Shown here piece by piece: positions 1 through 10,013 of a stretch of 52,843 bases of DNA. The DNA is from Callorhinchus milii. Taxonomy: Eukaryota. Both the position numbers and the translations under genes were made by a program. The DNA is taken from NCBI RefSeq assembly GCF_018977255.1, contig NW_024705343.1, forward strand, positions 1 to 52,843, read 5' to 3'. The notes beneath the pieces were generated by a model that was not told the origin of the DNA, did not search any database, and saw only the letters and a program-made list of their open reading frames with translations. How positions within the stretch are numbered: position 1 is the stretch's first letter; every line of letters starts with the position of its first letter.

Positions 1-24
1 GAGACCAAAACAGGTCCCGATAAT

Positions 25-1200
25 TTAATATCCCCTATGCAAATGCTCGCCCGAATCTGGCCGACAATGCCCAACGAGCCCCCATTTGCCACGTAACAAT
101 GCACGACATTGGACGGGGAGAATGTTGTAAATAAGGTCAGAGATGATAGTTGCTGGTGCCCCCGTGTCCACCAGCACCCTGACTTCGATACCGTCAATAA
201 AACCCGTAACCACAGACGCCCTGGCCGACGCGGCCACCATCCTGTGGCCCAACTCGGACCATTCAATTTCTCCCGGCCCGCGTACGAACCCCCCTTTCCG
301 AACCGAACCCCCGGCCCCCATGCGCACCTCCTCAGCCGCGAAGCGGCGGCCTACGTGTGACGTGTATGCGGACCGAGCATGTGTAGTGCCACGACTTGCC
401 GGGGGTAGTTGGGACGACTTGGGGCCTTGGTCGTCGTCCAGTCGAGGTCCCGTGGCGCGCTGACGTGGAGCGCGGCACCCGGACGCCACGTGGCCGCGAA
501 GGCCGCAGTTGTAGCACGTGACGAGGGACGTCGCAGGTCTCGGTTGCTCCAGCTTGCGGGTCGATCGCAGAGGCGAACGACCCCCGACCTCCAATCCCCC
601 GGTCGAGCTGCAGCGAATGCCTCCTCCCATGGGCGGCTGACTTGAGGTTCGGTGTCCACCAGGGCAGGAGCTGAGACCACAGCAGAAGCGCAGACGACCG
701 CTGTTTTCGTTTTAGGACCTCATGAGCCTGGATGCTCGTTGCAACTCGCAACAAACAAACGTCCACCTCGTCAGCCGTGTTGATGGGGACTCCCAGGTCC
801 TGAGCCAGCGTCAGCAGCTGTTCCAATACCATGGCGTCCTGCCCCTCCTCGTCCATGCGAGAGAAGGCGGCGTCTGCAAGAGCCAGCAGCGCTGTGCGGT
901 AAGCGAGCGCCATCTCAGTGTCCCCCTTCCGTCGCCCGTAGAAATGGTGGTGGCAGGCGGAGGGTGGACCATACACCTTGGCCATGAGGCCCAGCGCGGC
1001 CTTGAGCGTGGAGCGGGCCGACCTTGGGGCGGACCTGAAGGCCGCGAGCGTGTTGTCGTCCAGCATCGCAGGCAGTGCCCGTAGCGCCGTAGCGTCGGAC
1101 CACCCCGACATTTCCTGATGTGCGAGGAACTCCGCTGGAAGGTGCCCCAGTCACCCCCTTCAGCTTTGAAGGCCGTCAGCGCGGGAAGTCGCTGCTGAAA
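25..1200 (-). pseudogene. gag: Ty3/Gypsy LTR-retrotransposon gag-protease region, frameshifted
   Basis: ORF 25..630(-) has a CCHC knuckle CYNCGLRGHVASGC and an aspartic protease motif VRVLVDTGA. Upstream frames (332..1111, 811..1380) read as a gag capsid-like region (FKAEGGDWGTF...GWSDATALRALPAMLDD). The pieces lie in different frames, and pol would continue off the left edge. Confidence 0.85.
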
Positions 1201-1565
1201 AACCATGTCGTCCTCCAACAGGTGATTTTCGCGTGCCACGCCGTCGGGAAAGGAAATGGCGACCCCCCTCACGTGCGGTTGATGGCCGCCCGCAGCGCAC
1301 GCTGATGACGTGAGCGGCAGAGAGTGGAGGTCCCCGATCACGTGTTGCTCACGGTTCCCGCCAAAAGACGACAGCTCCATAGAAATGGCGCCATTTCAAA
1401 GTCCTTGGCGTGCAACACATTTGGCGGGAATCACCGACGCGACCCCTCTCGACGTCCGTCGACGTCCTCCCTCCTCCTGACGCGGTGATCTCCGCCAGGA
1501 TGGATGCCGCGGTAAGCAGTAGTTCTGCCAGTCTGGAGTTCACCAAATAGGTGATCGGAAATCAT

Positions 1566-1894
1566 TGATACAGGTAGGAACAATGTTCCACACTGCCCAC
1601 CAGGGATTTATTGTCTGTCTGTTTGTACTCCTGTCTGTTTGTTTGCCGCGCATAAATAAATATATAACATAAACAGCTCTTTGATTGGTGGAGACCTACT
1701 TCCGGGTACGGAGAGGGGAGGTGCCTAAGGGAGGAGGTCAGGGGAGGGCCTAAGGATATGGGGGGGGTGTTCAGGGGAGGAGCCTAAGGGAAGGGGGGTC
1801 AGGGGAGGGGCCTAAGGGAGGGGGGTCAGGGGAGGGCCTAAGGGAGGGGGGGCGATAGTTAAGGGGGCTGTCTGCCTGGCTACCTAAAGTCAAG
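1566..1894 (+). mobile_element. Short non-autonomous Helentron-associated element (HINE/DINE-1-like), copy A
   Basis: Starts T(G)ATACAGGTAGGAACAATGTTCCACACTGCCCACCAGGGATTTATTGTCTGTCTG, the same ~55 bp end seen at 1895 and 3426. It has a GGAAC-aat-GTTCC hairpin, a GTCT-type microsatellite and an internal G-rich tandem repeat. The 3' boundary is uncertain. Confidence 0.55.
1715..1852 (+). repeat. G-rich minisatellite, ~27-32 bp unit (GGGGAGGGCCTAAGGGAGGGGGGTCA), ~5 copies
   Basis: CCTAAGG core recurs five times, each flanked by G-runs. Confidence 0.85.
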
Positions 1895-1960
1895 TTATAC
1901 AGGTAGGAACAATGTTCCACACTGCCCACCAGGGATTTATTGTCTGTCTGTCGTGCATCT
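1895..1960 (+). mobile_element. Second Helentron-type 5' terminus (copy B); extent to the right unknown
   Basis: TTATACAGGTAGGAACAATGTTCCACACTGCCCACCAGGGATTTATTGTCTGTCTGTCGTGCAT is identical to copy A over ~53 bp and shares TCTGTCGTGCAT with the 3426 copy. Confidence 0.6.
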
Positions 1961-3689
1961 TATTCGCTGCGTTAACTCTCCCATGCCACTCGAGGCCATC
2001 TTGGTGCCAGTCCTTTCCCACCCAACCATCTCTGTGCTCTCTCCCTCCCCCACCGATGGTGCTTCAAACAATAGCGAATAGGCTTCAACGTAAATATTAG
2101 AGTCTTCTATTAATAGTCTTCAAGGCGGTACGTGACTCCACAGATATTTGCTTTATCACTAAAAACACCATGAGTATATTGATAAGCTTTTTCTCGTATC
2201 TCTTGACGCAGAATACGCTGCCTATGCACATATACTATCGTATTGTAAGTTAGAGTATTGTTTGTATCTCCTGCACTTTTATGATCGATTTTACCGTTTG
2301 CTTATGGAATATTGTATTGATTCCTAAGTCATGGAATCTATAATCTTCTACTTTTTGAGTACTTGATCAAACTGCTTGGCGCATGGCACGCATTTTTACA
2401 GACGCATGTTGCAATGTCATTGTTCTGATCATTATAGATACAATATAAACAATATAATAAACGTACACCACTTGGTCAAGCCACTGCTAGATGAAGGCCT
2501 AACCACGCCATGTCAGTCATTGAGCTTGTTTTGACCATATTTCACTCATTGTGGGTGTGCTGAAGATTGGTAATGCTTTTTTTAATAGGCTTTTGTGCAT
2601 GCAATTATCGCAACACCCTTAAAAATGCAATGAACATCCCTAACTGGACATGTGTGCATGGTGGCATTGGCTGCCTGTGGCCATGTTTACGATTCAACTG
2701 GAGTCCCCCCCCCACTCCCAGCACACTTTCCAGTTTTTCAATTAATTGTGATAGATTTACAGTCATTATTTCATTCTTTTTTTTCACATTTTGACCATCT
2801 CTATTTTAATTCATACAGTTATTTTTTGGTTACTTTACTTTCTCCTCAATTCAACATTGCAAAAATGCAAGTAGAGTTTTAATTAGGCTTGCCAAAGACA
2901 CATCGTGACTAAAAGGGATAATAGCAAGTGGACAGAACTTGAGATGGAATGTCAACCGATGGAGAAAACACGTGTGAGAAAATAACCACCACAGAGATGA
3001 AGCAATGAGATCATCTCATGCGCATGAGCTGGGTGGATCACAAGATCATGAGGGATGGTGACAATATCGGGGAAAATATTGGGGAACCTTTTCTCCCAGC
3101 AGTAGATTGAGCATGGCTGATGATGATGAACATTGGCATGTAATGTACATGCATTGTAAATAATCTAATCTCACGTGACTTGTTTATTTGTCAGGAGCAT
3201 AATCAATTTCATTTGATGAATTTATTTTACGTGCCTACTCAACGCTTTGGGTAGTTGCTACATTTGTGGGTAAGACACGAGGTTGCCATTTCTTAATTTG
3301 AAAAAAATAGGTTTGGCATTTCTTATTTATAAATTATTCTGACATGATACATACATCGTGAGTGTGAAAATGAATAATTGACAGTATTTTATTATAATAC
3401 AGCTATTATTGACAGTATTTGAATCTTATACAGGGAGGAACAACAGGTTCCACACTGCCCACCAGGGATTATTTGGCCGTCTGTCGTGCATATTTGTCTG
3501 TCGTGCACTCTGCGCAGTTCAGTGACTGTGACTGTCTTGGCATATTGCAGTTTGCTTGACTGCAAAGGTTTTCTGGCACGATCGCCGACGTTCAGTGCAA
3601 CCATCGGTGGTGTGGAGAAAGTGGGGATGTTCGGAACCATCGGCGACGTCTGGCCACAGTACGGCGGTGGGTGCACAATAAAGGACGAG

Positions 3690-4310
3690 ATGCCTGAAGA
3701 GCGTGCTGCCCGACTGGAGCGCGCGTGCGTCTCGTTGGCTGCCCGACGAGCCGCGCCCCAGACGCCCGAAGAGCGTGCTGCCCGACTGGAGCACGCGTGC
3801 GTCTCGATGGCTGCCCGACGTGCCGCGCCCAGACGCCCGAAGAACGTGCTGCCCGACTGGAGCGCGTGCGCGTCTCGATGGCTGCCCGACGTGCCGCGCC
3901 CCAGACGCCCGAAGAGCATGCTGCCCGACTGGAGCGCGCGCGTGTCTCGATGGCTGCCCGACGTGCCGCGCCCCAGACGCCCGAAGAGCATGCTGCCCGA
4001 CTGGAGCGCGCGCGTGTCTCGTTGGCTGCCCGACGTGCCGCGCCCCAGACGCCCGAAGAGCGTGCTGCCCGACTGGAGCGTGCGCGCGTCTCGTTGGCTG
4101 CCCGACGTGCCGTGCCCCAGACGCCCGAAGAGCGTGCTGCCCGACTGGAGCGCGTGTGCGTCTCGATGGCTGCCCGACGTGCCGCGCCCCAGACGCCCGA
4201 AGAGCGTGCTGCCCGACTGGAGCGCGCGTGCGTCTCGATGGCTGCACGACGTGCCGCGCCCCAGACGCCCGAAAAGCGTGCTGCTCGACTGGAGCGCACG
4301 CGCATCGCGA
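3690..4310 (+). repeat. 72-bp coding tandem repeat, ~8.5 copies (TPEERAARLERARVSMAARRAAPQ), STPR-like helical repeat
   Basis: Units start near 3693, 3765, 3836, 3908, 3980, 4052, 4124, 4196 and 4268. One unit is 71 bp, which causes the first frameshift. Confidence 0.9.
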
Positions 4311-4619
4311 AGGCCGAGAAGCGACGCGTCAGCGTCGATACTGAGGACGCCATGCTCGTGTCTCTGGCCGAGACCGCTCTCGCTGAGCAGGACCCTAGTG
4401 AGGAGACCGTCAGGTTCCTGGCGAAGTCGCAAAATTTCGCAAAGGATCCGCGTCTGGCGCTGCTGTATTTCCACCTGTGCGCAAACCATCCCGACGCCTT
4501 TGTTTTCAATGATGAGAGCCTGCATGGGCCTAACGGACCCGCGGTCTGCGAGCGGATCCTGCGAGCCATTGGCGGCGCGGTAGGCCACGACGACGCTGTG
4601 CACTGTCAGCGCGGTGCGG

Positions 4620-5450
4620 CTGCCCGTGACCCCGGCACGGGGCGCATCGCGGTGTGCGCGTCGTGCAATGAGTTTCTTTTTTAGGCCAATAAGACCATCG
4701 TCGACGCCGGCCCCGTCGAACAGCTTCCCAATGTGTTCCGCCTCACCAATGAGCAAGTTACCGAGCAGTGCACCCTGCCGGAGCATCTCGTTGAACGGCA
4801 CGTCTCCGTGCTGCGCGTGAACGACGTCCGGTACCATCTCAATCCGGATCTCGTGCCCGACATCAACAACGTCGTCCTGTGCTCGACCTGTGCGAAAAAT
4901 CCGGCCGATCACGACTTCAGCCTCTACAACGGGCACGACTATGGTCGGCGGGGGTCGCTGCCCAAAGTGAACAGCACGACGCTCAACGCGATTTTACCCG
5001 CCCGAGCCTTCAATATTGACATCTTGATAAGGGCCAGCCACTCAACGGGGAACACCATTTGTTTCATGCAAGACGGTCCTGTCGAGGTGGCCAACGTGCT
5101 GCCCCGGGTTTCCCCGGTGCAACGCCCGCAGGTGACCTTTCTCGGGCCGCGCGACGCCTGGCGGAAGGCGCAGGCTCGTTTCCGTGACATGTACAACATC
5201 GACGTCACCGGAGCGTACCAGTGGCTCGAGTTCTGGACCGGGGTCAAACATCCGCGATTCGACGGCATTACCATCGACAATTCCTCCGAAATGCGCCGAC
5301 GCCTGGACGAGGAGGGTGCCGCCATCGAGAACGACGCCATCTGCAATGACGATGTTGACGTCGCTGCAATGAATGCGCACGTCGATGATGACGACGTCAA
5401 CAACGACGTGCCAGAGTCGCCGGCCAGCAACACGGGCTGTGACCTTGTTC
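4620..5450 (+). CDS. N-terminal Cys-rich / DUF6570-like region of the RepHel protein (fragment)
   Basis: CASC...LCSTC...FSLYNGHDYG...LP...GNTICFMQD...VANVLPR resembles the region that precedes Rep in Helentron proteins. Domain name assigned from memory of the pattern. Confidence 0.55.
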
Positions 5451-8400
5451 ACGGCGGTCTTGCCCAAACAATCTCTCCTCAGTGGCGGCGTCAACCTGGC
5501 GCTGCAGGCGCTGAACTACATCATTCACCCGGACGACAAGAATGCCGGAGATCGTGTTCCCCCTCCTATCGCGGTGGTTTCACGCGGCAAAGACCCAATC
5601 GTCGAGTGGGACGAGAACGATGTCCTCATGTCGGCGGTTTTCGCGTCTTTGTTCCTTCTGGGCAAGGGATTGTCCAAGGGCTCTCTCAACAAAAAGTTCC
5701 TGCGCCATCTCTTTCTCTACTATGATGGGCGGTTCGAGGACCCGCTCTTCATTGCGACCGCGTTCAATCAGCTGCAGCGGCATACATGCGTCCGGCAGAC
5801 GGCGCGCATAGGCGCCAAACGGGCTTCGCAACTTCAGAAACTCGGCGAGCTGGCCAATTCGTCGGCGTTCCGACAACGCCTGCTCTGGGCGCACGACAAC
5901 CCGCTGTCAGATGAGGCCAAGAAGCTGAACGCCAAGGTGTGCCGCATCATGTCCATGGTCGGATCGACTGTCCCGTTTAGCCCGTTTGAGCGCGAGGCCA
6001 CGCGCCCCAAACTGGCTGCGATGCGTCTCAGGTATGGGATCGGGAGTCATTTTCTGACGGGGTCGCCGCCCGAGTTTGAGGACTTATCCGTCCTGCGCCT
6101 GGCCATCATGCGCGATACTCGCCAATGGAACAACGTCAACTGCCCGCTGCAGCGGACAGGTTTCACGCGCGCCGACCTGCCCGACGATTTCGTTTCCAAC
6201 GCCGGCGCGAGGATGGCGGTGACGCGTCCCCATCCTGCTCTGGCCGCAATGTCTTTCGCCAACCACATGCGCATCCTGCTCGATGACGTTGTACGGTGTC
6301 CGATGGCTGTGCATACTCGCGTCTCGCGTGACTACTTGCAGCGGGAGCACGGCGCGTATCTCAATATTGCCGCCGTCAGCGGCGTGATTGAGCCGCAGAA
6401 GGGCGGACGGCTGCATTGGCATCTGAATACATACAGCTCGGTCCTGACGCCATCGCTACTAACTCGGTTGGCTGCCGCGCCAACCGACGTTCAGATTGTC
6501 ATCGGCAACATTCTCGACAGTACGGCTTGTACACACCTGGCTCCTGCTGTGCGCGAGTGGTGTGACGGGATTGTCGCGCAAGACAGCAACGTCGCGCGCC
6601 CGCGCGCTGCCGACTTGAATGTGCCGGATGCGATGGCCCACTACGGCGAGTTCGTCGCCGTGGGGCAACGCAAGTCCGCCCTGTCGCAGCACCACAAACA
6701 TGGATTTTCCTGCGAAAAGCCACCGAAGGGCCTGTATATGTGCCGCTTGTGCATGCCACGTGGCGTTCATGAGGAGCATACCTGCCCTCTCATGATCGCT
6801 ATGCACAAGCGCCCGGAGCACAAGGACAATCAGCATGCCATTCTGGTCGGCCTGCCCGTCGATCAAGCAACGCTGGACATGATTGACGGCCCGTACGACC
6901 CGTTGGGTGGCCAGCTCATCCGCCCGCATCCTGTTGGCCCGATCGTATGGGAAATGCGGCGCCCTGCGACCGATGCGATGCTTGTAGAATCGAACCTGAT
7001 CACGACCAATCTGGTCGGTTGCCACAACAACTCGTCCGTCATTAGCGGTCAGGATGCCGGCGAAGCCGTCGAGGAGTACGAGGCGGCGTATATGACGAAA
7101 GAGGGCGCTCCTTTGCGCCAGGCCGCTGCTGTGCTCCTGTCCGCCCTGGACGACATTGCGCAACACCCAAGCGTGGCCGACGACACAGGCACGGCACACC
7201 GCACGGGGAAGCACTTGGCGTCGCGGACGGTCAACGCGTTCACCGGCGCCCACCAATGGTCCATGCCCTTGATGGTACATGCCCTGCTGGGCGCCACGTC
7301 AGAAGTCCAGACGGAAACATTCCGGTACGTCTTCCCACACGCAGCTGTCGCCTACGTCGATCGGCAATTGGATCGCGCCATCGACAAGGACGGCGAAAAC
7401 GACGATCCTCCGGCGCCTGACGTTGACCCGCCTGTCGATGACGACCAGTTCGTCGACGAGGCCCTGGACGCCCTGGTGTTCGCTGTCCATCCTGATGATA
7501 AGGGCGATGGCAGCGTCGGCGGTGCGACGGCGTACAAGCTGCCGTCCGGCAAAGTCGTCTTCATGTCGCAGGCCGAATCGTATGACAACCGCGGGATTCA
7601 CTTTGCCGAATACTCGGCGCTCGAGTTCGAGAGCATCGTCGAGCTGGTCCCTAACAAGCAGCGCCTTGCTGCGGCTCAGCCTGCCGGGGCGGGTCGACCT
7701 GGTCGGCACGTGTTTGATCTGGGGCCCAAACATCCTCTGTTCACTGAGTATAACGCGGTCATTCGCCTCAAGATGCGTACCGCTGTTCTCGCCGGCCGAC
7801 CGCCGCCGTCGTTTCCGGGGAACAAACCCGACGATCCCGCTCGAGTCTCTGCATGGAAGCGCGATCTCGAACCGTTCGCCAAATACGTCCTGGATCTGCT
7901 CGTACCATGGCAGAGTGCCGACGAGCCACGGTTCGCCCGCAACGGCGACGGTCTCGCCGAGATGATTCATGCATGGGATCGGCGCTCGGAGTCCGTCGTC
8001 AATCGACAGCGCTTCCGATCTCTTTACCACCTGATGTCGAAGCGGCATCGGAGCAGTCGCAATGAGCTGATCACCAGTCTCTGGAGGCAGCGCAATACCG
8101 ACTACTGGGCCACCGTCCACATTGGCAAGTCCAGGGGCCCTGGCCTGCGACCTGACAACGCCGATGGGAACGGGGATGCCGAGCACGCGGGTCATCTCTG
8201 TCCGTCGGAGATGTACGAGCTAACTGCAGCAGCAGCCAGCCCCGATGTTCAGCGACGAGCGTCCCATGTGGAGCTGACGGCTTCGTGCGATGAGCTCTTC
8301 AACGATGCCGTTCTCGTGAGTGCCCACCAACTCGCGGCTAGCCATGGACCGGCGCCGTCGGTGCCGGTGTACGCCCCGCCCGACAACTATGATTTGCTGC

Positions 8401-10013
8401 ACGGCGAGGGGGCCGCTGATGACGTCCGACTGTCGCTGAGCGACATGCGCAAACAGATCCATGCCCTCGAACCACACCAAACCGTTCACGGCGACGTTGG
8501 TGCCGCCAGTGGCCATGGAAGAAACGGCGGCCCTGTAGATCCGGTGTTCCATGACGAGGCCATGGTCAAAATCGGGCCGTGCTTTCTGACCGATGGCCAG
8601 TACTGTGTCGCATCGGAAATCGTCGACGTGCCCGGACAGAAGTTGCTCATGATTCACGGCGGTGGTGGCGTCGGGAAGAGCGTCTGCATCCACAAAACCG
8701 CCGATGAAATCGCCTCACGCGGCGGCACAACAGCCTGCTGCTGCTACACCGGCGTCGGCGCCTGCCCGCTGCCCCAGTGTCAGACTTTTGCTGCCATGTG
8801 GAAGTCGTTTGTCAAGGACCTGAACGCCGGCCAGCTGGTGGACTTGATTTTCAACGTCATCGGCGGCGACAGTTTGCGCCTCGTCATCATCGACGAGGTC
8901 AGCATGCTGCCGGCTGCCTTCCTCGTACTGTTGGACCAGCGCCTGCGCTCAATGTACAATCCGCGTGTGGTTTTCGGGGGCATCTCCATCCTCCTGGTGG
9001 GCGACTTCATACAGCTGCCGGTTACATGCGGCCGCGATTTATATCGCGTCATGTACGGCGCCGTGTCATCGGAAGACCTGATGGCGCGCTCCCTTTTCGA
9101 GCGATTCCATGTTTTCGAGATGACTGAGCAGCTCCGGGCCGCTGGCTGTCCGGATCATTGCCGGCGCCTCCAGGGGATGCGGGCGCTACCGCGGCGTTAC
9201 CCGACGGGGACCCGCTGGACGGATGCCGACTGCGCCTTCCGCCCCATCACCGACGACATAATCGATGGCCTGACGGCACCGATTACCAAGATCGAGATCG
9301 CCGCAGATCCAGCCTGGCTCACGGAATCCACGTGCCTGACGACAAGCAATCGCGATCGGGCCGTCATCAATGCTGCACGTGCTGTACACGTCGCCGTCGC
9401 CACGGGTCGACACGTTCTGCGGTGGCGTCGGCGCCTGAAGCGCGATGTTCCTGTCTCACTGCAGTCACTGCTCTACCAGGAGAAAGACAATCCCGAGCTG
9501 TTCGGGTACTTCGTCGCTGGCTGCCCTGCCCAGATCCTCGACAATGGCAACGGCAACGTCGTCTACAATGTCGCGAATGGCACGCCCTGCACGCTGGTAT
9601 CCGTCGCGTGGCACAATGCGGACGAACGCCGCACCACCATCGCCGCCATACGTGCTCAAAGCGACAGCGGCGACGATGGCGTCCGCCGTATCATTGACGT
9701 GCCGATGCCGCCTGACCATATCATCATCTCCGTGCATGGGGTCGATGTGGCCGCATGGCCGTGTCATCTCAACGTCGCCCCGCGCAATGCTGACGGTGGT
9801 GTCGACGCGGTCCACATCCCGATCGGACTGATCAAACGCAAGCCGAAGACGATCCGGATCGGCAAGGTCACGGTCGCCTACGAGATGCACGCGGTCGACC
9901 TGTCATTCGCAATCACCACATGGAAATGCCAGGGCGCGACGTTCGCGTACATCATCGCCCTGCTGGAGCCAAGTCGCGCCAACCCAATCTGTCATTCGAG
10001 TTGCTGTACGTGA
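5373..10013 (+). CDS. HUH replication initiator (Rep) plus PIF1-family SF1B helicase, main open segment
   Basis: Rep motif 1 HFLTGSP, motif 2 VIEPQKGGRLHWH (6390-6422) and motif 3 YEAAYMTK (7077-7100). Helicase motifs: Walker A GGGGVGKS (8658-8681), Walker B IIDEVSM (~8892), FGGISILLVGDFIQLP, MTEQLRA and FAITTWKCQGAT. Confidence 0.93.
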   Translation: MRTSMMTTSTTTCQSRRPATRAVTLFTAVLPKQSLLSGGVNLALQALNYIIHPDDKNAGDRVPPPIAVVSRGKDPIVEWDENDVLMSAVFASLFLLGKGLSKGSLNKKFLRHLFLYYDGRFEDPLFIATAFNQLQRHTCVRQTARIGAKRASQLQKLGELANSSAFRQRLLWAHDNPLSDEAKKLNAKVCRIMSMVGSTVPFSPFEREATRPKLAAMRLRYGIGSHFLTGSPPEFEDLSVLRLAIMRDTRQWNNVNCPLQRTGFTRADLPDDFVSNAGARMAVTRPHPALAAMSFANHMRILLDDVVRCPMAVHTRVSRDYLQREHGAYLNIAAVSGVIEPQKGGRLHWHLNTYSSVLTPSLLTRLAAAPTDVQIVIGNILDSTACTHLAPAVREWCDGIVAQDSNVARPRAADLNVPDAMAHYGEFVAVGQRKSALSQHHKHGFSCEKPPKGLYMCRLCMPRGVHEEHTCPLMIAMHKRPEHKDNQHAILVGLPVDQATLDMIDGPYDPLGGQLIRPHPVGPIVWEMRRPATDAMLVESNLITTNLVGCHNNSSVISGQDAGEAVEEYEAAYMTKEGAPLRQAAAVLLSALDDIAQHPSVADDTGTAHRTGKHLASRTVNAFTGAHQWSMPLMVHALLGATSEVQTETFRYVFPHAAVAYVDRQLDRAIDKDGENDDPPAPDVDPPVDDDQFVDEALDALVFAVHPDDKGDGSVGGATAYKLPSGKVVFMSQAESYDNRGIHFAEYSALEFESIVELVPNKQRLAAAQPAGAGRPGRHVFDLGPKHPLFTEYNAVIRLKMRTAVLAGRPPPSFPGNKPDDPARVSAWKRDLEPFAKYVLDLLVPWQSADEPRFARNGDGLAEMIHAWDRRSESVVNRQRFRSLYHLMSKRHRSSRNELITSLWRQRNTDYWATVHIGKSRGPGLRPDNADGNGDAEHAGHLCPSEMYELTAAAASPDVQRRASHVELTASCDELFNDAVLVSAHQLAASHGPAPSVPVYAPPDNYDLLHGEGAADDVRLSLSDMRKQIHALEPHQTVHGDVGAASGHGRNGGPVDPVFHDEAMVKIGPCFLTDGQYCVASEIVDVPGQKLLMIHGGGGVGKSVCIHKTADEIASRGGTTACCCYTGVGACPLPQCQTFAAMWKSFVKDLNAGQLVDLIFNVIGGDSLRLVIIDEVSMLPAAFLVLLDQRLRSMYNPRVVFGGISILLVGDFIQLPVTCGRDLYRVMYGAVSSEDLMARSLFERFHVFEMTEQLRAAGCPDHCRRLQGMRALPRRYPTGTRWTDADCAFRPITDDIIDGLTAPITKIEIAADPAWLTESTCLTTSNRDRAVINAARAVHVAVATGRHVLRWRRRLKRDVPVSLQSLLYQEKDNPELFGYFVAGCPAQILDNGNGNVVYNVANGTPCTLVSVAWHNADERRTTIAAIRAQSDSGDDGVRRIIDVPMPPDHIIISVHGVDVAAWPCHLNVAPRNADGGVDAVHIPIGLIKRKPKTIRIGKVTVAYEMHAVDLSFAITTWKCQGATFAYIIALLEPSRANPICHSSCCT

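Noticed and set aside
1530..1546. Possible PBS (TGGTGAACTCCAGAC, minus strand) for the left Gypsy fragment
   Set aside because: It does not match a tRNA 3' end I recognise, and no LTR-terminal CA is adjacent.
3690..4310. Regularly spaced repeats as a possible CRISPR array (also 36371-36853)
   Set aside because: The units are contiguous tandem copies with no unique spacers, there are no cas genes, and the context is eukaryotic.
3392..4936. Long overlapping ORFs on both strands (514, 325, 242 and 213 aa)
   Set aside because: They are alternative-frame and antisense shadows of the stop-poor 72-bp GC-rich repeat. Only the EERAARLE frame connects to the RepHel protein.
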